This document shows positions 9,560-19,949 of a stretch of DNA of 26,158 bases, one piece after another. The first letter of the stretch is position 1. The number at the start of each line of letters is the position of its first letter. Under the pieces are notes generated by a model. The model was not told the DNA's origin and did not search any database. It was given only the letters and a program-made list of their open reading frames with translations. The stretch is taken from the NCBI GenBank assembly GCA_010909165.1, contig VJWM01000381.1:1-26158 (forward strand). Reading direction: 5' to 3'. The DNA is from Anthoceros angustus. Taxonomy: Eukaryota; Plantae; Anthocerotophyta. The position numbers and the translations under genes were made by a program.

Positions 9560-12500
9560 GGCGCGCCTCCTGGTCCAGCAATCGCGCCCCCCTCCGCGCT
9601 CGGGCGCCCTTTCAGCACCCTACCGCGGTAGTCAGCGGACTTGGTAACTTCATGGTAGTCGATCCTTTCCTTCTCCTTCTTCTTCTCTCTTGGGTGAATC
9701 TTCAGCTCTTCCTCTGTTTGATTTGTCCATACCTATCATGGAGCATTCTCAGTCTTCTCCCCAATCGGCGATGTCCCCTAATCTTGGGCCCTTTTGCATG
9801 GCTCCTCTCACAGCCTCGGCTCTTCCCTTGCTCGTGGGGTGAGAATTCTCACCTCCTTCCTCAGGTCGGACCCGTCCATGTCCTCGGTGGGGTTGTCTCC
9901 CACCTCCTCTTCCTATTCTTGGGGGTGTGTCACTAGGACCCCGGCTCCTTCCCTCGGCCGGGCCTCAGCGGCACTCCCAGCGCGCGGCGCTTCCTACCCG
10001 GTGGTCGGCGGACTGGCGTGTGTTGTCTACCACGGTAGTGGGACTCTCCGTGGTAGGTGACCCCAGGGGAGGCTGTCCCCCTCCTTGCTCTCCGCCATCT
10101 TCTCCACGGCGCTCTCCTCCTCACCTTGACTCCTCAGTTCCTCGGAGTCCATGTCACTTAGCCTCATCAAAATCAGGCCTGCACTTGCTGCGGCTCCTTC
10201 TGTCATCATCATGAGGACCCAATGTCCTCCTCTTGGCCAAGCACCTCATTGTTGGCCTTCAAAATCTATTGTGAGGTGAGCCCCAAGCTGTGATCATTTG
10301 GAGATCATCAATCTCCAGTGGGCCACTCTCCATCCTCACACCTACCCTTGTAGGCATCTCTTGCGGTGGTCAATTCTCCCACCTTGACATGGAGGTCACA
10401 TTCTCCTCCTTGCTTCCTGGTGGCTGGCCAATTTTGCGAAGGGCATAATGCCAAAATCTTCTCCTCACTACCCGCATCCTGTGCACCACCTTCTTGTGGT
10501 GCTCCTCCTCTTGGAACCTCCTTTGTTCCAGCCCCAAGTCTCTCCTCTCCTCCACTTTTCTCTCAACTCTTGTAGTCTTGAGGTCTTGAGCCTCTGGCGC
10601 TTCTCCTCCAGTTCTCGGTCCTCATTCTTTCCATGTCCGGATTTGATGGGGTAGCCATCACACTGCTCTTGTCGTCCATTTGTTGGACCGCACCTTCCCC
10701 TTCCTAGAGCCTCGTTTGCCCTTTTGCTCTAATTGGGCCAAAATGCCTCATATGCCTCCAAATCCCTTTGGGTTGTTGCCCGAATGGCTCTCTCTCGTTG
10801 TGACAACCCTCAGGACCTTCTCGCCGTTGATCCACAAGGTCGCGGAGCTTCTCTGACCTTCTCCACTTGGCTGCCTCGTCGGACTCCATGGCCTCCAATT
10901 GCCATTTGGTCCTGCCTTCCTCGGCCATGTCTTGGGCCTTCACTTCCTCACAAGGAGGCTGCTAGCTCCTAGCCCCTTCAAAATCCACATGGTGAGTGCT
11001 TCACAAGCACTCGGCAATTCTCCTAGGGTCCTAATTCCACCCCTGTTCTTCTGGAAATTTCTCAGCTCCTTGCTCCGGGCCATCAGCGGCGGGGTCCCCT
11101 CACGTCGCCCATCCGCTCTTCCTCAGCGGAGATGGTGGCCTGGCGCCGCCCGCGCTCTGCTTCTCCTTCCCCTTCCCTACCGTATGCTTTCTACCGTGGG
11201 TGCTGCCTACCAGCGGTGGTGCTCCCCTTGGTAGTGCCTACCTACAGTGGTGGTGACTCACGGTGCCACCCTGGGTGCCTCCCTACCGGGGTAGGCTGTG
11301 GGGTGCCTCTCCTAGGCACAAAGCGAGATGGTGGGGACTCCCCACCCTTGGGTATCACCCCTCCTGGTAGTCCTCCTCTCATAGACTACCATTCGGCCTT
11401 CCTCGGCGGTTCACTTCCCTCTCCTCCTTGCTCTGTGGGGAAAAGATTCCCACTCGGCAACCTTGTTGCCTCTACATCCTCCTTGCTCCTAGCATGCTTG
11501 TGGAGTCGACCTCCCAGTCTTCCTCAATGCAAAGGCAAGGCCTTTCCAAGCTTCTGGAGATGGATTATCTCGAAGGATGCCAAGCATCTTCCAACTCCTT
11601 GCTTGTGAGAAGTCCTCGTTTCCACAAATGCACCAAATAGGTGCTAAGGTAGCAAGGCCTTGGCCTTCCTCATCCACGAATTTGGCTTGAGGAGCTTCTC
11701 CGGTGGTGGATGTATGCCTCATACATGATTGCCCCAATCGGCTTGGCTCCCATGAAATCTTCCACAAAAAGCGGAGGAAGTTGGTCTTTGAAATAAGTCC
11801 TTTGGTAATTCACACAATCTTAAGAGCCTCCACTTGACTCCTTGATGCTCTCGTTTTCCATTCTTGGCATGGGCCTTCACTCCTCCGTCCATCATGTCGA
11901 GGACTCTTGCGGAATTTCGGAGGGCCGTCCTCTTCCTCCATTCGACCTTTCGAGGAGAGCAATTCCGAGCTCTCCTCCTCCGGTCTCCATACACACAGCC
12001 GAATGCTCCTTACGGTCCGGCGGGATCCGTTCGAGCATTCCTTCCGTGCGGCAAGGCTGCCTCGATTGATGGAGATTGATGAAGCACTCCTCAATCAACT
12101 CCAAATTGGTGTAGGCCCATTGGCGGCCATACACCACCCATCCCAATTGGATGTTATCCTCCTACGCCCTTGCGAAATCCACCGGGGTTGAGCGCAAAAC
12201 AGTAAATTGGGGCATTACAAGCTGCACTCCCACTGGTAATGGCGCTGTTAACGGCCCTTTCCTCCTCTCGGAGGAACCCTTGGCGGTTCCTTTCCCTTGC
12301 CTTTTCACTCGGGGCATGGTGCACGATTTTCTCCAAATGCTTCAAGGAAGTTACTCTTCAATTTGCAGCCCAAGGGTCTTGCTTAACACTCCTTCTCTTG
12401 AGGCCAGGAAACAAAACCACACAATTCCACGTTAGGCTTAGCGGCAGCGCTTTCCTTATCACCACTTTTCCTCGCGAGTTCTCCTTCGAGGCAAGCGCCC

Positions 12501-12730
12501 GGCGGGTGGCCTTGATTCCTCTTTCTCCGTTCCAATTTGCTCCACCTCGCGCCTTCAATCTCTTCAATCTCACCGTGCTAGGCACCTCAACCGTGGCTCC
12601 GCCCATGTGATTCCAGCACTCGTGCTCCTTCCACAGTTTCACGGTCAAAACACCCTTTGGTGATACGGGCGCTCGATCTGCCTCCTCTTCTCCTTCGCTA
12701 AGGTTTCCTCTCTTTTACGCTTGTGCCCGC
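9560..12730 (-). pseudogene. Degenerate gypsy (Tat/Athila-like) extra ORF with a coiled-coil/low-complexity C-terminus
   Basis: Frame-hopping translation gives GWVVYGRQWAYTNLELIEECFINL (~12146-12065), ADWG..YEAYIHH (~11745-11700) and LAPYLVHLWKRGLLTSKELE (~11650-11590), then E/R-rich and S/P/R-rich tracts. I see no protease, RT, RH or INT motif. Confidence 0.55.
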
Positions 12731-14079
12731 ACATGGTAGAAAACCCGGGACTTAGAGATCCTCCACTATAGCGTACACTTGTCCACTATCGCCCGTGCGT
12801 TGGGTTTTCGTCCCATGGGACTTGTGTGAAAGTTCGAGGCCTTCGATGGCCTCGCTACTGCGGATACACAACTTCGGCCTCCTAAGCGAGCAGGCGCCTC
12901 TACTCACCCTCTTACAGCAGCTGCACCCTTTGCTTGAAAATCACCAATCCTCGACCTACAACGCAATTACGGGCCCTGCCTTAGCGGAGGAGCCTATCAC
13001 GGGCAGGGACCCCCATCCACCACCGCGATTCGTCCCTCGCCTAAGACCACTCTTCTCCCTCGGGGAGCTCTTTTACTGCAGTTGGGATTGTCGCCTTAGG
13101 CCACTACTACAATGCATTAGGATTTGTAGCCAGGCTAAATTCCAGCAATTTCGTCGCTTAATCCGACATATCTGAACCTGGCGGTGGTCGGCGATTGCAG
13201 GATGCTTAGTAGCAGGATGAGTAAATGGCAGCGGTCAGCGTCATGTTTGACTGATGCGGTCACATATCCACTTTATGGGTGGTTTGCGCCACCTTCCTTA
13301 TGCGGCTAGTGCCTGAGGCCAACCTCACTCGCTTGTGCTCGGACATGCCTGGACGCAAAGACTTTTCCCAAATGTCATTCGGCCCAAAGCAGGCGGGGAT
13401 CTCGATCGGTGGGCATGCATGAACCCGGCTTGGGCGATGTACCCGGACGTGAGGGACCTGCCGATCGCGATGGGCGGGTTCACTTGTGGTCGTGCATTCT
13501 CAAGCGTGAAAGCGATTGGACCATAGACATAGTCTCGGGTCTCGCGGACGGTGAAGTGGCAACACTTTGTGCACTTCCCCTCAATAGGCGCGGCCAATTG
13601 AGTCTCAATCTGCACAGACTCACGGTGATATTGCAACAAAATGCGGCCGGAATGACAAATCGGAAGTCCTTGGTGAACAACGGTCACGCGGGTTGGGCAG
13701 CCCCAACATCGATCTGAAAAAACAATCCGCTTCTGATTCGGGCGGCGATAAACAAGTTTGTGAGTTCGCGATTCTGCGGTCAGTTACGCGATTGCTAATC
13801 CAACTCAATCAAGGGGCCATGACAATGACTTGCACAACCCGGCCCGGCGAGGCTGAAATTTGAAAGCTTATCGACTTGCCACAATGGCCCCTTCCTCCCT
13901 CAATGCAATGGCAAGCGGGACGATCAAATTACGCCCAAGCATGAGCAGCTCCTTCTTCGTTGAATCGGACTGAGTAGCACACCATATGCTCATATCATTG
14001 TAAACAAAGGCGGGCGCATTGCGTGGCCAGATACATGATTATCGAGATCCTTCTTCAAAATTGAAATGTCCCCAACTTG
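10850..14079 (+). repeat. Copy A of a ~3.2-kb direct duplication (partner at 21695-24939)
   Basis: Collinear similarity from CTGACCTTCTC.ACTTGG through to CGAGATCCTTCTTCAAAATTGAAATGTCCCCAA, with many substitutions and small indels. Confidence 0.95.
12734..13101 (-). repeat. Truncated LTR, same family as 8420-9535
   Basis: Aligns to 8420-8790 and stops at CCTTAGGC, where CACTACTACAATG begins. Confidence 0.8.
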
Positions 14080-14720
14080 CGGCAAGTTGCATATAGAACA
14101 TCATCTCCACAGTCACATCAGGCTCGGGCGTCTATCCCAAGGAGGCCCCAGCTTGCCCCATGTATGAGTCGCGAATCTCCTCGGTGCATATCGATTTCAA
14201 CTCTCGGTCAGGGATCATCACCTCAGGTGCCCAGGGTGGTCCCGATGTCGGCTCAAAAGCCGGTTCCGCTCTACAGAATGTCAAACTTGCTCCCAAGCGG
14301 TAAGGGACAAAGAAAGGCGAGTTGCGGTGTGCCTACCTCAACCCGGACAAATGCGTGAGAAGTCACGGTCCGCATTTCTTGATATGTCGGATGTAAGCAC
14401 CGGCTCTTGCAGCGGGCATAGCCAGTGCGGCGGCCACCACCAATTCGAGCGTCGGTGATGCATCTCACGCGCGAAGTGGCGGGAGGCGTCGTCCACCGCG
14501 GCGAGCAATTACAAACTCCGTTCTAGGCCACTCAACATAGTCGCCTCGCCACTGGAGCACCCAATGACCATGCCGGGGTCCAAATTGCGGTGTCCACATC
14601 GGACCGATATGCTTTGGCACACATAAGTCCCCGCAAGGGAGGTGCAGTGAATCGCGTGATCGAAAAGGCCGGGCGAGGTGTTTACGCCCACCCTCTCTCG
14701 ACACGCCCAATCGCCCCTTC
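13102..14720. mobile_element. Terminus and adjacent internal sequence of a CACTA DNA transposon
   Basis: Begins CACTACTACAATG exactly where LTR homology breaks, followed by a degenerate subterminal inverted repeat (perfect in the copy at 24003-24047). The right-hand extent is uncertain. Confidence 0.7.
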
Positions 14721-14739
14721 ACATCATCATGGCCGCCTT

Positions 14740-15316
14740 CTTCTTACTCTCAGAAGTAAACCAGCCGACGCCTCTTACACTCTTACTTTTCCTCAGATCT
14801 CACGATGAAGACCAGAAGTGGCCTTCAATATGTGAGAGCTGAATCTGACAGCGAGCAAAAGGAGACTTCGAAGTAGAAGATGCCCAAGAGGAGGAAATGT
14901 AACTGTGCCAAGGAGAGCTAGACCCGAGGACTGGAGGAAAACACTGCATGGGAGCATACGTTCGTTTGGGAGGCTACAGGATTGGTCTAAACATAAATTT
15001 GTGTTGGAGTAGCCCCGGCGAGACAGAGGAGACAGTGGAGGAAAACTATGGGTCTGAAACAACCCTCCTCAAGCCGCTAGCCGAAACAATCCAGTTGCTT
15101 GAGAAGTTGAAAAGGGTGAGAGGAGACAACTAGAGAAACATCAGGTGATTAGGTTATCTTTATGCTTCATCCACTGCAGCCTTTGTTTCTTCTTTTATCG
15201 TCCCCACTTACGCAGATCGGTGTGCACAAAAATCGCGAGATCAGGTTTAGGCCTTTCTCGGGAAGGATCCTCAGTCACCTTACTTCATCAAAAAAACTTG
15301 AAAGCTCAGGCTTTCA
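14740..15316 (-). repeat. 3' LTR of a second Ty1/copia element
   Basis: On the minus strand it starts TGAAAGCC at 15316, right after a PPT and ~25 nt past the pol stop codon. The left boundary is approximate. Confidence 0.6.
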
Positions 15317-15317
15317 A

Positions 15318-15329
15318 CCCCCTTCCCCC
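15318..15329 (-). other. Polypurine tract
   Basis: Minus strand GGGGAAGGGGG, followed by T and then the LTR-initial TG. Confidence 0.8.
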
Positions 15330-15341
15330 ATCAGATAAGTC

Positions 15342-15674
15342 TCACGTTGCATTGTCAAAACAAGATGAGAAGTCTGCCAGTCCAAGCCTTGCCATGTGAC
15401 CATAGTGCTTGTGCTTGGGAAGTGCCTTTGTCAAAATATCTGCCGTGTTTTCATCTGTCGGCACATAACCAACCTTGACTACTCCTCGTTCAACTACATC
15501 TCAAATATAGTGATGCTGTATCTCGATGTGTTTCGTCCTTGCATGAAAACGGGGATTGGCCACTAATGCTAACGCTGACATATTGTCACAGAAAAGAGAA
15601 GTGGGCTCTGTTTGCTGCTGCCCAAGGTCACGTACGCTCCCATCACCTTTAGAAGCATCCACAGACTGATTCAT
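15342..15674 (-). pseudogene. Copia RNase H C-terminal part
   Basis: [34 protein letters not shown]...YVPTDENTADILTKALP, with a premature TGA at 15503-15501 and the natural stop at 15344-15342. Confidence 0.92.
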
Positions 15675-17072
15675 TTAAGATGTACACAGACGTCTGCTTA
15701 CTCCAGCTACTGCACCGAAAGTAGAAAATGAGGTCGACAAGCTCCTTCGTGTATCATTGTCAGATGCCCAATCAGCATCTGTAAACCCACTTAAAACAAG
15801 CTTGGCTTGTCCTGTGCATCTATAGAAAAGCCCATGATGCGCAGTCCCCTTTAGATATCTGAAAACCCGTTTGGCTGCAACCCAATGTGCTCTGCCTGGT
15901 TTCTCGAGAAATTGTGACAGTGTACTGACGGAGAACTGAATATCGGGTCGAGTCCAATTTGCCACAAACAGAAGACTACCAACGGCATGTCGATAAGGTA
16001 CGGTAGCCATCTCAGATTGCTCTTCTGCACTTTGTGGACATTGCAGGCTTGTTAACTTAATGCCAACTGCGAATGGCGTTGTGACAGGACGTGCCTGTTC
16101 CAGCTTAAACTTAATCAGCAGGTCTTGGATATATTGATACTGGTGAATAATGAGGATGCCTTCTGAACGCACTCGCAAGAGTTGCATCCCAAGACAAAAT
16201 CTTAACTCACCTATATCCTTCATCTCATATTTAGAATTGAGCATTTTCTTGACATCTGCTAACAGGACATGGTCGTTTGTGGCAAGGATAACGTCGTCTA
16301 CGTATAAGGCAAGGACAACAAAACTGTGACCTCTTAAGAGTCTGTAAACATTGCTGTCAGCAGTACTCTGAACAAACGACTGGGTAAGGAGATACACATG
16401 AATATTCAGGTACCACACCCTACCGCTTTGCTTTAACCCATAGATTGTCTTCAATAACTTACATACTTTCTCAGGTTGTGTTTTATCTTCGTAACCTTCT
16501 GGTTGGTACATATACAGATCTTCGTCGAGTGAACCATACAAGAAAGCCGTGCACACATCCATTTGATGTAGTTGGAGATCGAACTCTGCTGCAAGAGCTA
16601 AAATCATCCTAATTGATTGGGCCCTCACAACAGGTGAAAACGTCTCCTGGTAATCCAGACCCTCAACCTGGGTAAACCCTCTTGCTACTAGCCTGGCCTT
16701 GTATCTTGCAACCTCTCCTTGGGCATTTAACTTAAGCTTGAATACCCATTTGCAGGAGATGGGTTTCCGCCCAGGAGGCAAATCTACAAGTGTCCAGGTC
16801 TGATTCTTCACAGGGGAGTTGAACTCATCATCTACGGCAGCTTTCCACTTATCACTATTGGGTCCAGTGAATGCAGCTGTAAGTGATTGAGGTTCCAGGT
16901 GTATAGTCATAGATGCAGAATTGACTAGTTCAACAAAAGAACTTCGAAAATCAACTGATTCATATCTGGGCTCTTTCCGTGCTTCGTGAGGAGGCTGTGT
17001 CGACCTAACGTCAGATTGGAGGATCGGCTCATCACCGTGAGGGGGGTCCAAGATCGGTTTCGATGTGACCAT
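15675..17072 (-). CDS. Ty1/copia reverse transcriptase (RVT_2) and start of RNase H; fragment of a truncated pol
   Basis: 465-aa ORF with CKWVFKLK, RYKARLVARGFTQVEGLDYQETFSPV, QMDVCTAFLYG, LLKTIYGLKQSGRVW, LYVDDV, YRHAVGSLLF, TRPDI and GFTDADWA. No integrase core lies upstream. Confidence 0.97.
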   Translation of the reverse strand: MVTSKPILDPPHGDEPILQSDVRSTQPPHEARKEPRYESVDFRSSFVELVNSASMTIHLEPQSLTAAFTGPNSDKWKAAVDDEFNSPVKNQTWTLVDLPPGRKPISCKWVFKLKLNAQGEVARYKARLVARGFTQVEGLDYQETFSPVVRAQSIRMILALAAEFDLQLHQMDVCTAFLYGSLDEDLYMYQPEGYEDKTQPEKVCKLLKTIYGLKQSGRVWYLNIHVYLLTQSFVQSTADSNVYRLLRGHSFVVLALYVDDVILATNDHVLLADVKKMLNSKYEMKDIGELRFCLGMQLLRVRSEGILIIHQYQYIQDLLIKFKLEQARPVTTPFAVGIKLTSLQCPQSAEEQSEMATVPYRHAVGSLLFVANWTRPDIQFSVSTLSQFLEKPGRAHWVAAKRVFRYLKGTAHHGLFYRCTGQAKLVLSGFTDADWASDNDTRRSLSTSFSTFGAVAGVSRRLCTS

Positions 17073-17099
17073 TCACACGTAAAGGACTAGGAGCAAGAC

Positions 17100-18440
17100 A
17101 TTCACCTATCTCGCCACATCGGCTACCGTGCCACACATCACTCAAACATTTCGGTCCAGTTGCACGCGGCAAAATGCGCTTGAAATGGTAAGGCCGTGAG
17201 GAATCGACAAATCCCAAAGATTCGATGTCGTGTCGGATTGCGACCCTTCAACCACTTTGTGCGATTCGATATTGCGTTGAGGCATGCGACATCACAATCT
17301 CCACAAATTCGGTACCATGGCGGTCCTCTCCATTTCAATCACCTCTAGATGACGTCGGTTCTCGTCACGCAATTATGCGCCCGCGAGAGCCTCGATGGAG
17401 TGGTCACTTTCCGCTTAGTCAGCACCACGTCGGCACCAGCTCCACGGTCTTGATCGGTGCAGTGCAAGCTTACGGGAATGGTGAAGAGGCCACGTTGACC
17501 CGTGACGGAAGATCGGGCGAAGATGACATGAGGCGAAATGGATATTGCGAGATGATGCTCATGAGCACGGAGGTAGAAGCTATGCACAACCGTTCGGTCC
17601 TTGCGACGAATGGCATGATGCCTTCGTAAGGAATCGGAGAGGGCGTTATATGCGTTCAGGGCCTGGAGTGACCAAAGCACCTTATCATCAACCACGCTCC
17701 TTCAAGTGCAAGAGTGTTACAATATCTCGAGACTACGCAATGTCCGAATTTTCCAGTCATCGACACATCTTTGTTGCCATCTCCAAACACTCTACCGTGA
17801 AGTCGGCAGGCGAATAAACTATTGCTCCAAGTGTCACGATCCGTGTTCGGATCGCCTCTGTCCCAAAGGCGCTAGCATATCTTTCACATCAAGCGCTAGT
17901 TTCGCTTCATGCCGCCACCACGCCACGGAAGGAGTCCGGTGGAAAGCTTGCCATTGGCGGAGGTGTTGAATCTCTCTCCTCAACCACCACTGGAAACTGC
18001 GGATCTTCCATATAAACACACTTGGGATGGTGTCGAACCCACTTAATGTGCCCCAAATAATGCGAGTTGTTGGCCTCCCGCGTGGTCTTTGACCTGCTTA
18101 CGGGGTGGCTGAGATAAGGCAATGAGCGCAAAATGAGGGAGTGTCGTTTCATTGCCCATTCTGCGGTCGGGCCGCTCCGTGACTGCCCATGACTCCATCT
18201 CCATGACATCATTGCGGGCGAGGGCAGGCGTGTGCCGCGGTTTCCAGTGATTGTTGAATACTCAATATGCATCGGCGAATTGGTTGGGAGGGCTTTCATC
18301 ATCGAAGCCTCGCGATTTCCATTCTGGACCATTGACTAGGCCCGCATCAATGCGAAGGCGGGCTCGGCGTGCCCTCCGAAGCGGGCAATGGGGTGATGGC
18401 AGTTGCCGTAATCGCCATGAATGTCAGGTGACATCATGAG
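17100..18440 (-). pseudogene. Decayed transposon-borne ORF with Ulp1/C48 protease-like motifs
   Basis: Across frames and in the expected order: DIVTLLHL...DDKVL..ALNAYNAL...VVHSFYL, FTIPVSLH, VVLTKRKV, and QSDTTSNL(C)GFV at ~17240-17205 (one base missing). Confidence 0.45.
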
Positions 18441-18469
18441 ATGAAAAACCCTCGGCCGTCCCATAGCTG

Positions 18470-19700
18470 TCAAGGAGTTAGATACGCGTAGATGTCCATA
18501 TTTGGTATGGCGGACGAATAATGGTTGATAGAGATAATGCGGTGTTCTTTGGAAAGGTGGAGATTAAGAAAGCCATCGTGGCGTGGTTGGAGATTCAACC
18601 TCATCGCTGGGTTCATGAGATCGTGAAATCATAGCCTCACATTTGAAGGATGTTACTTCCCAAAATTTCATGAAAAGTCACGATTGGCATTGTTTGATGC
18701 GTTACTACTTGCCCATAGCATTGCGAGGAGGCTCCCACCAGAGTTAAATGTCATCACCGATTGGCGGTTTGTAAAGATGGATATGTGGCAAAGATTTACG
18801 TGTCCGATATCCAAAAAGGCGAGAGGTTATCGACATCTTCATCAAGCTAAGCGTTCATGCCTTGACATTACGGAATGTTATGCAACACCTCATTATCCAT
18901 CTTGTGGATGAAGTGGAAACACATGGCCCGACACCGCGGTGGATGTGCATGGGCGGTACCTACTTGTGCTTAAGAAACAATGCACAAACCCGAGGGTTCT
19001 ATTGCAGGATATCGGCCATGGAGGCTATGCACTATGCCTCGGGTTTATGGATGGAATCAACCAAGGCCAAGCACATGTGCGAGGTAGTTCACAGTTTCGA
19101 GGAAGTAGACCACACCATCGGGCAAGGCGGGACATTAAAGCTTGGGGTGGATGCTCGGCGTTTACTGGTATTTATTCTGACATTCAAGTTTTATCGCCAT
19201 TGAGGCGGAGCATGCATTACGAGACGGATGAGGACTTTCGACATGGTTGCGGGATGGTGTGAGAAGGGGAAGTGGGCAATGGGTCCCATTCATTCGACAT
19301 CCGTGCGGCCTTGGGGAAAAGCGAAGGCATATAGGGGCTGAACACGCGGTTATCACTTCGAGCGTTGAAGCCGATGAGAACAAAACTTGACGACAGTTGG
19401 GTACATGGCGAATTTGACATGGTGGGCTCAATTGAGAAGGCCGAATTCTTTGGAAGAATTATTGAGATCGGGCGTATCGTGCGAGGAAGGCAATTTCGAC
19501 CATTGTCCTTAATGTGCCTTTGCGAATGCTCCTAACCAAGGTTCCACCAGTATGGAGAGAGATTTTTGCGGGTTGGCGATCGACACGAGGCAGCCCTACA
19601 GTATGCCCCAATCACAAGATGGGGCCTTATACATTTCTGCATGTCACGGTTTTCGCTCACGGGGCGTCATGCGAATCGTGAGCCCTGGGTTGTGTGCACT
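18470..19700 (+). pseudogene. Second CACTA TnpD/Tnp2-like transposase fragment (DUF4218 + DUF4216), frameshifted
   Basis: MKSHDWHCLMRYYLPIALR (~18670-18727), NVMQHLIIHLVDEVETHGP..RWM (18874-18947), FFGRIIEI (~19446-19470) and GFCGLAIDT (~19560-19590). Confidence 0.9.
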
Positions 19701-19949
19701 CCTGTGCATGCTAGGTGGGATCGGTCTTCATTTGAGTCGGAGTAGTGCAGTCTGCGATGACGGCATGTGCGGCTGTTATGCGTGGGCATGTCCCTCTCAA
19801 GACTGTACCATGCAAGAAGAAGGCCTATCCAGACTTTATTTTGTGTAGGGGTACACAGAATAGAAGGTAGCTACACTTGAGTTGTCCTCACGCTCGGGCC
19901 TAGTTCTTATGCTTCCTGCATTGATTAATAAAGCAAGCATGCACGATGA

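Noticed and set aside
9430-9936. 168-aa Leu-rich ORF as an env-like protein
   Set aside because: It is antisense to the element, crosses the putative LTR/PPT boundary, and its hydrophobicity follows from the C/T-rich strand.
1-17072. The two copia fragments as halves of one interrupted element
   Set aside because: On the minus strand the RT/3' LTR piece lies upstream of the gag/INT piece, which is the wrong order, and their LTRs (TGTTAAGATGG... vs TGAAAGCC...) show no similarity.
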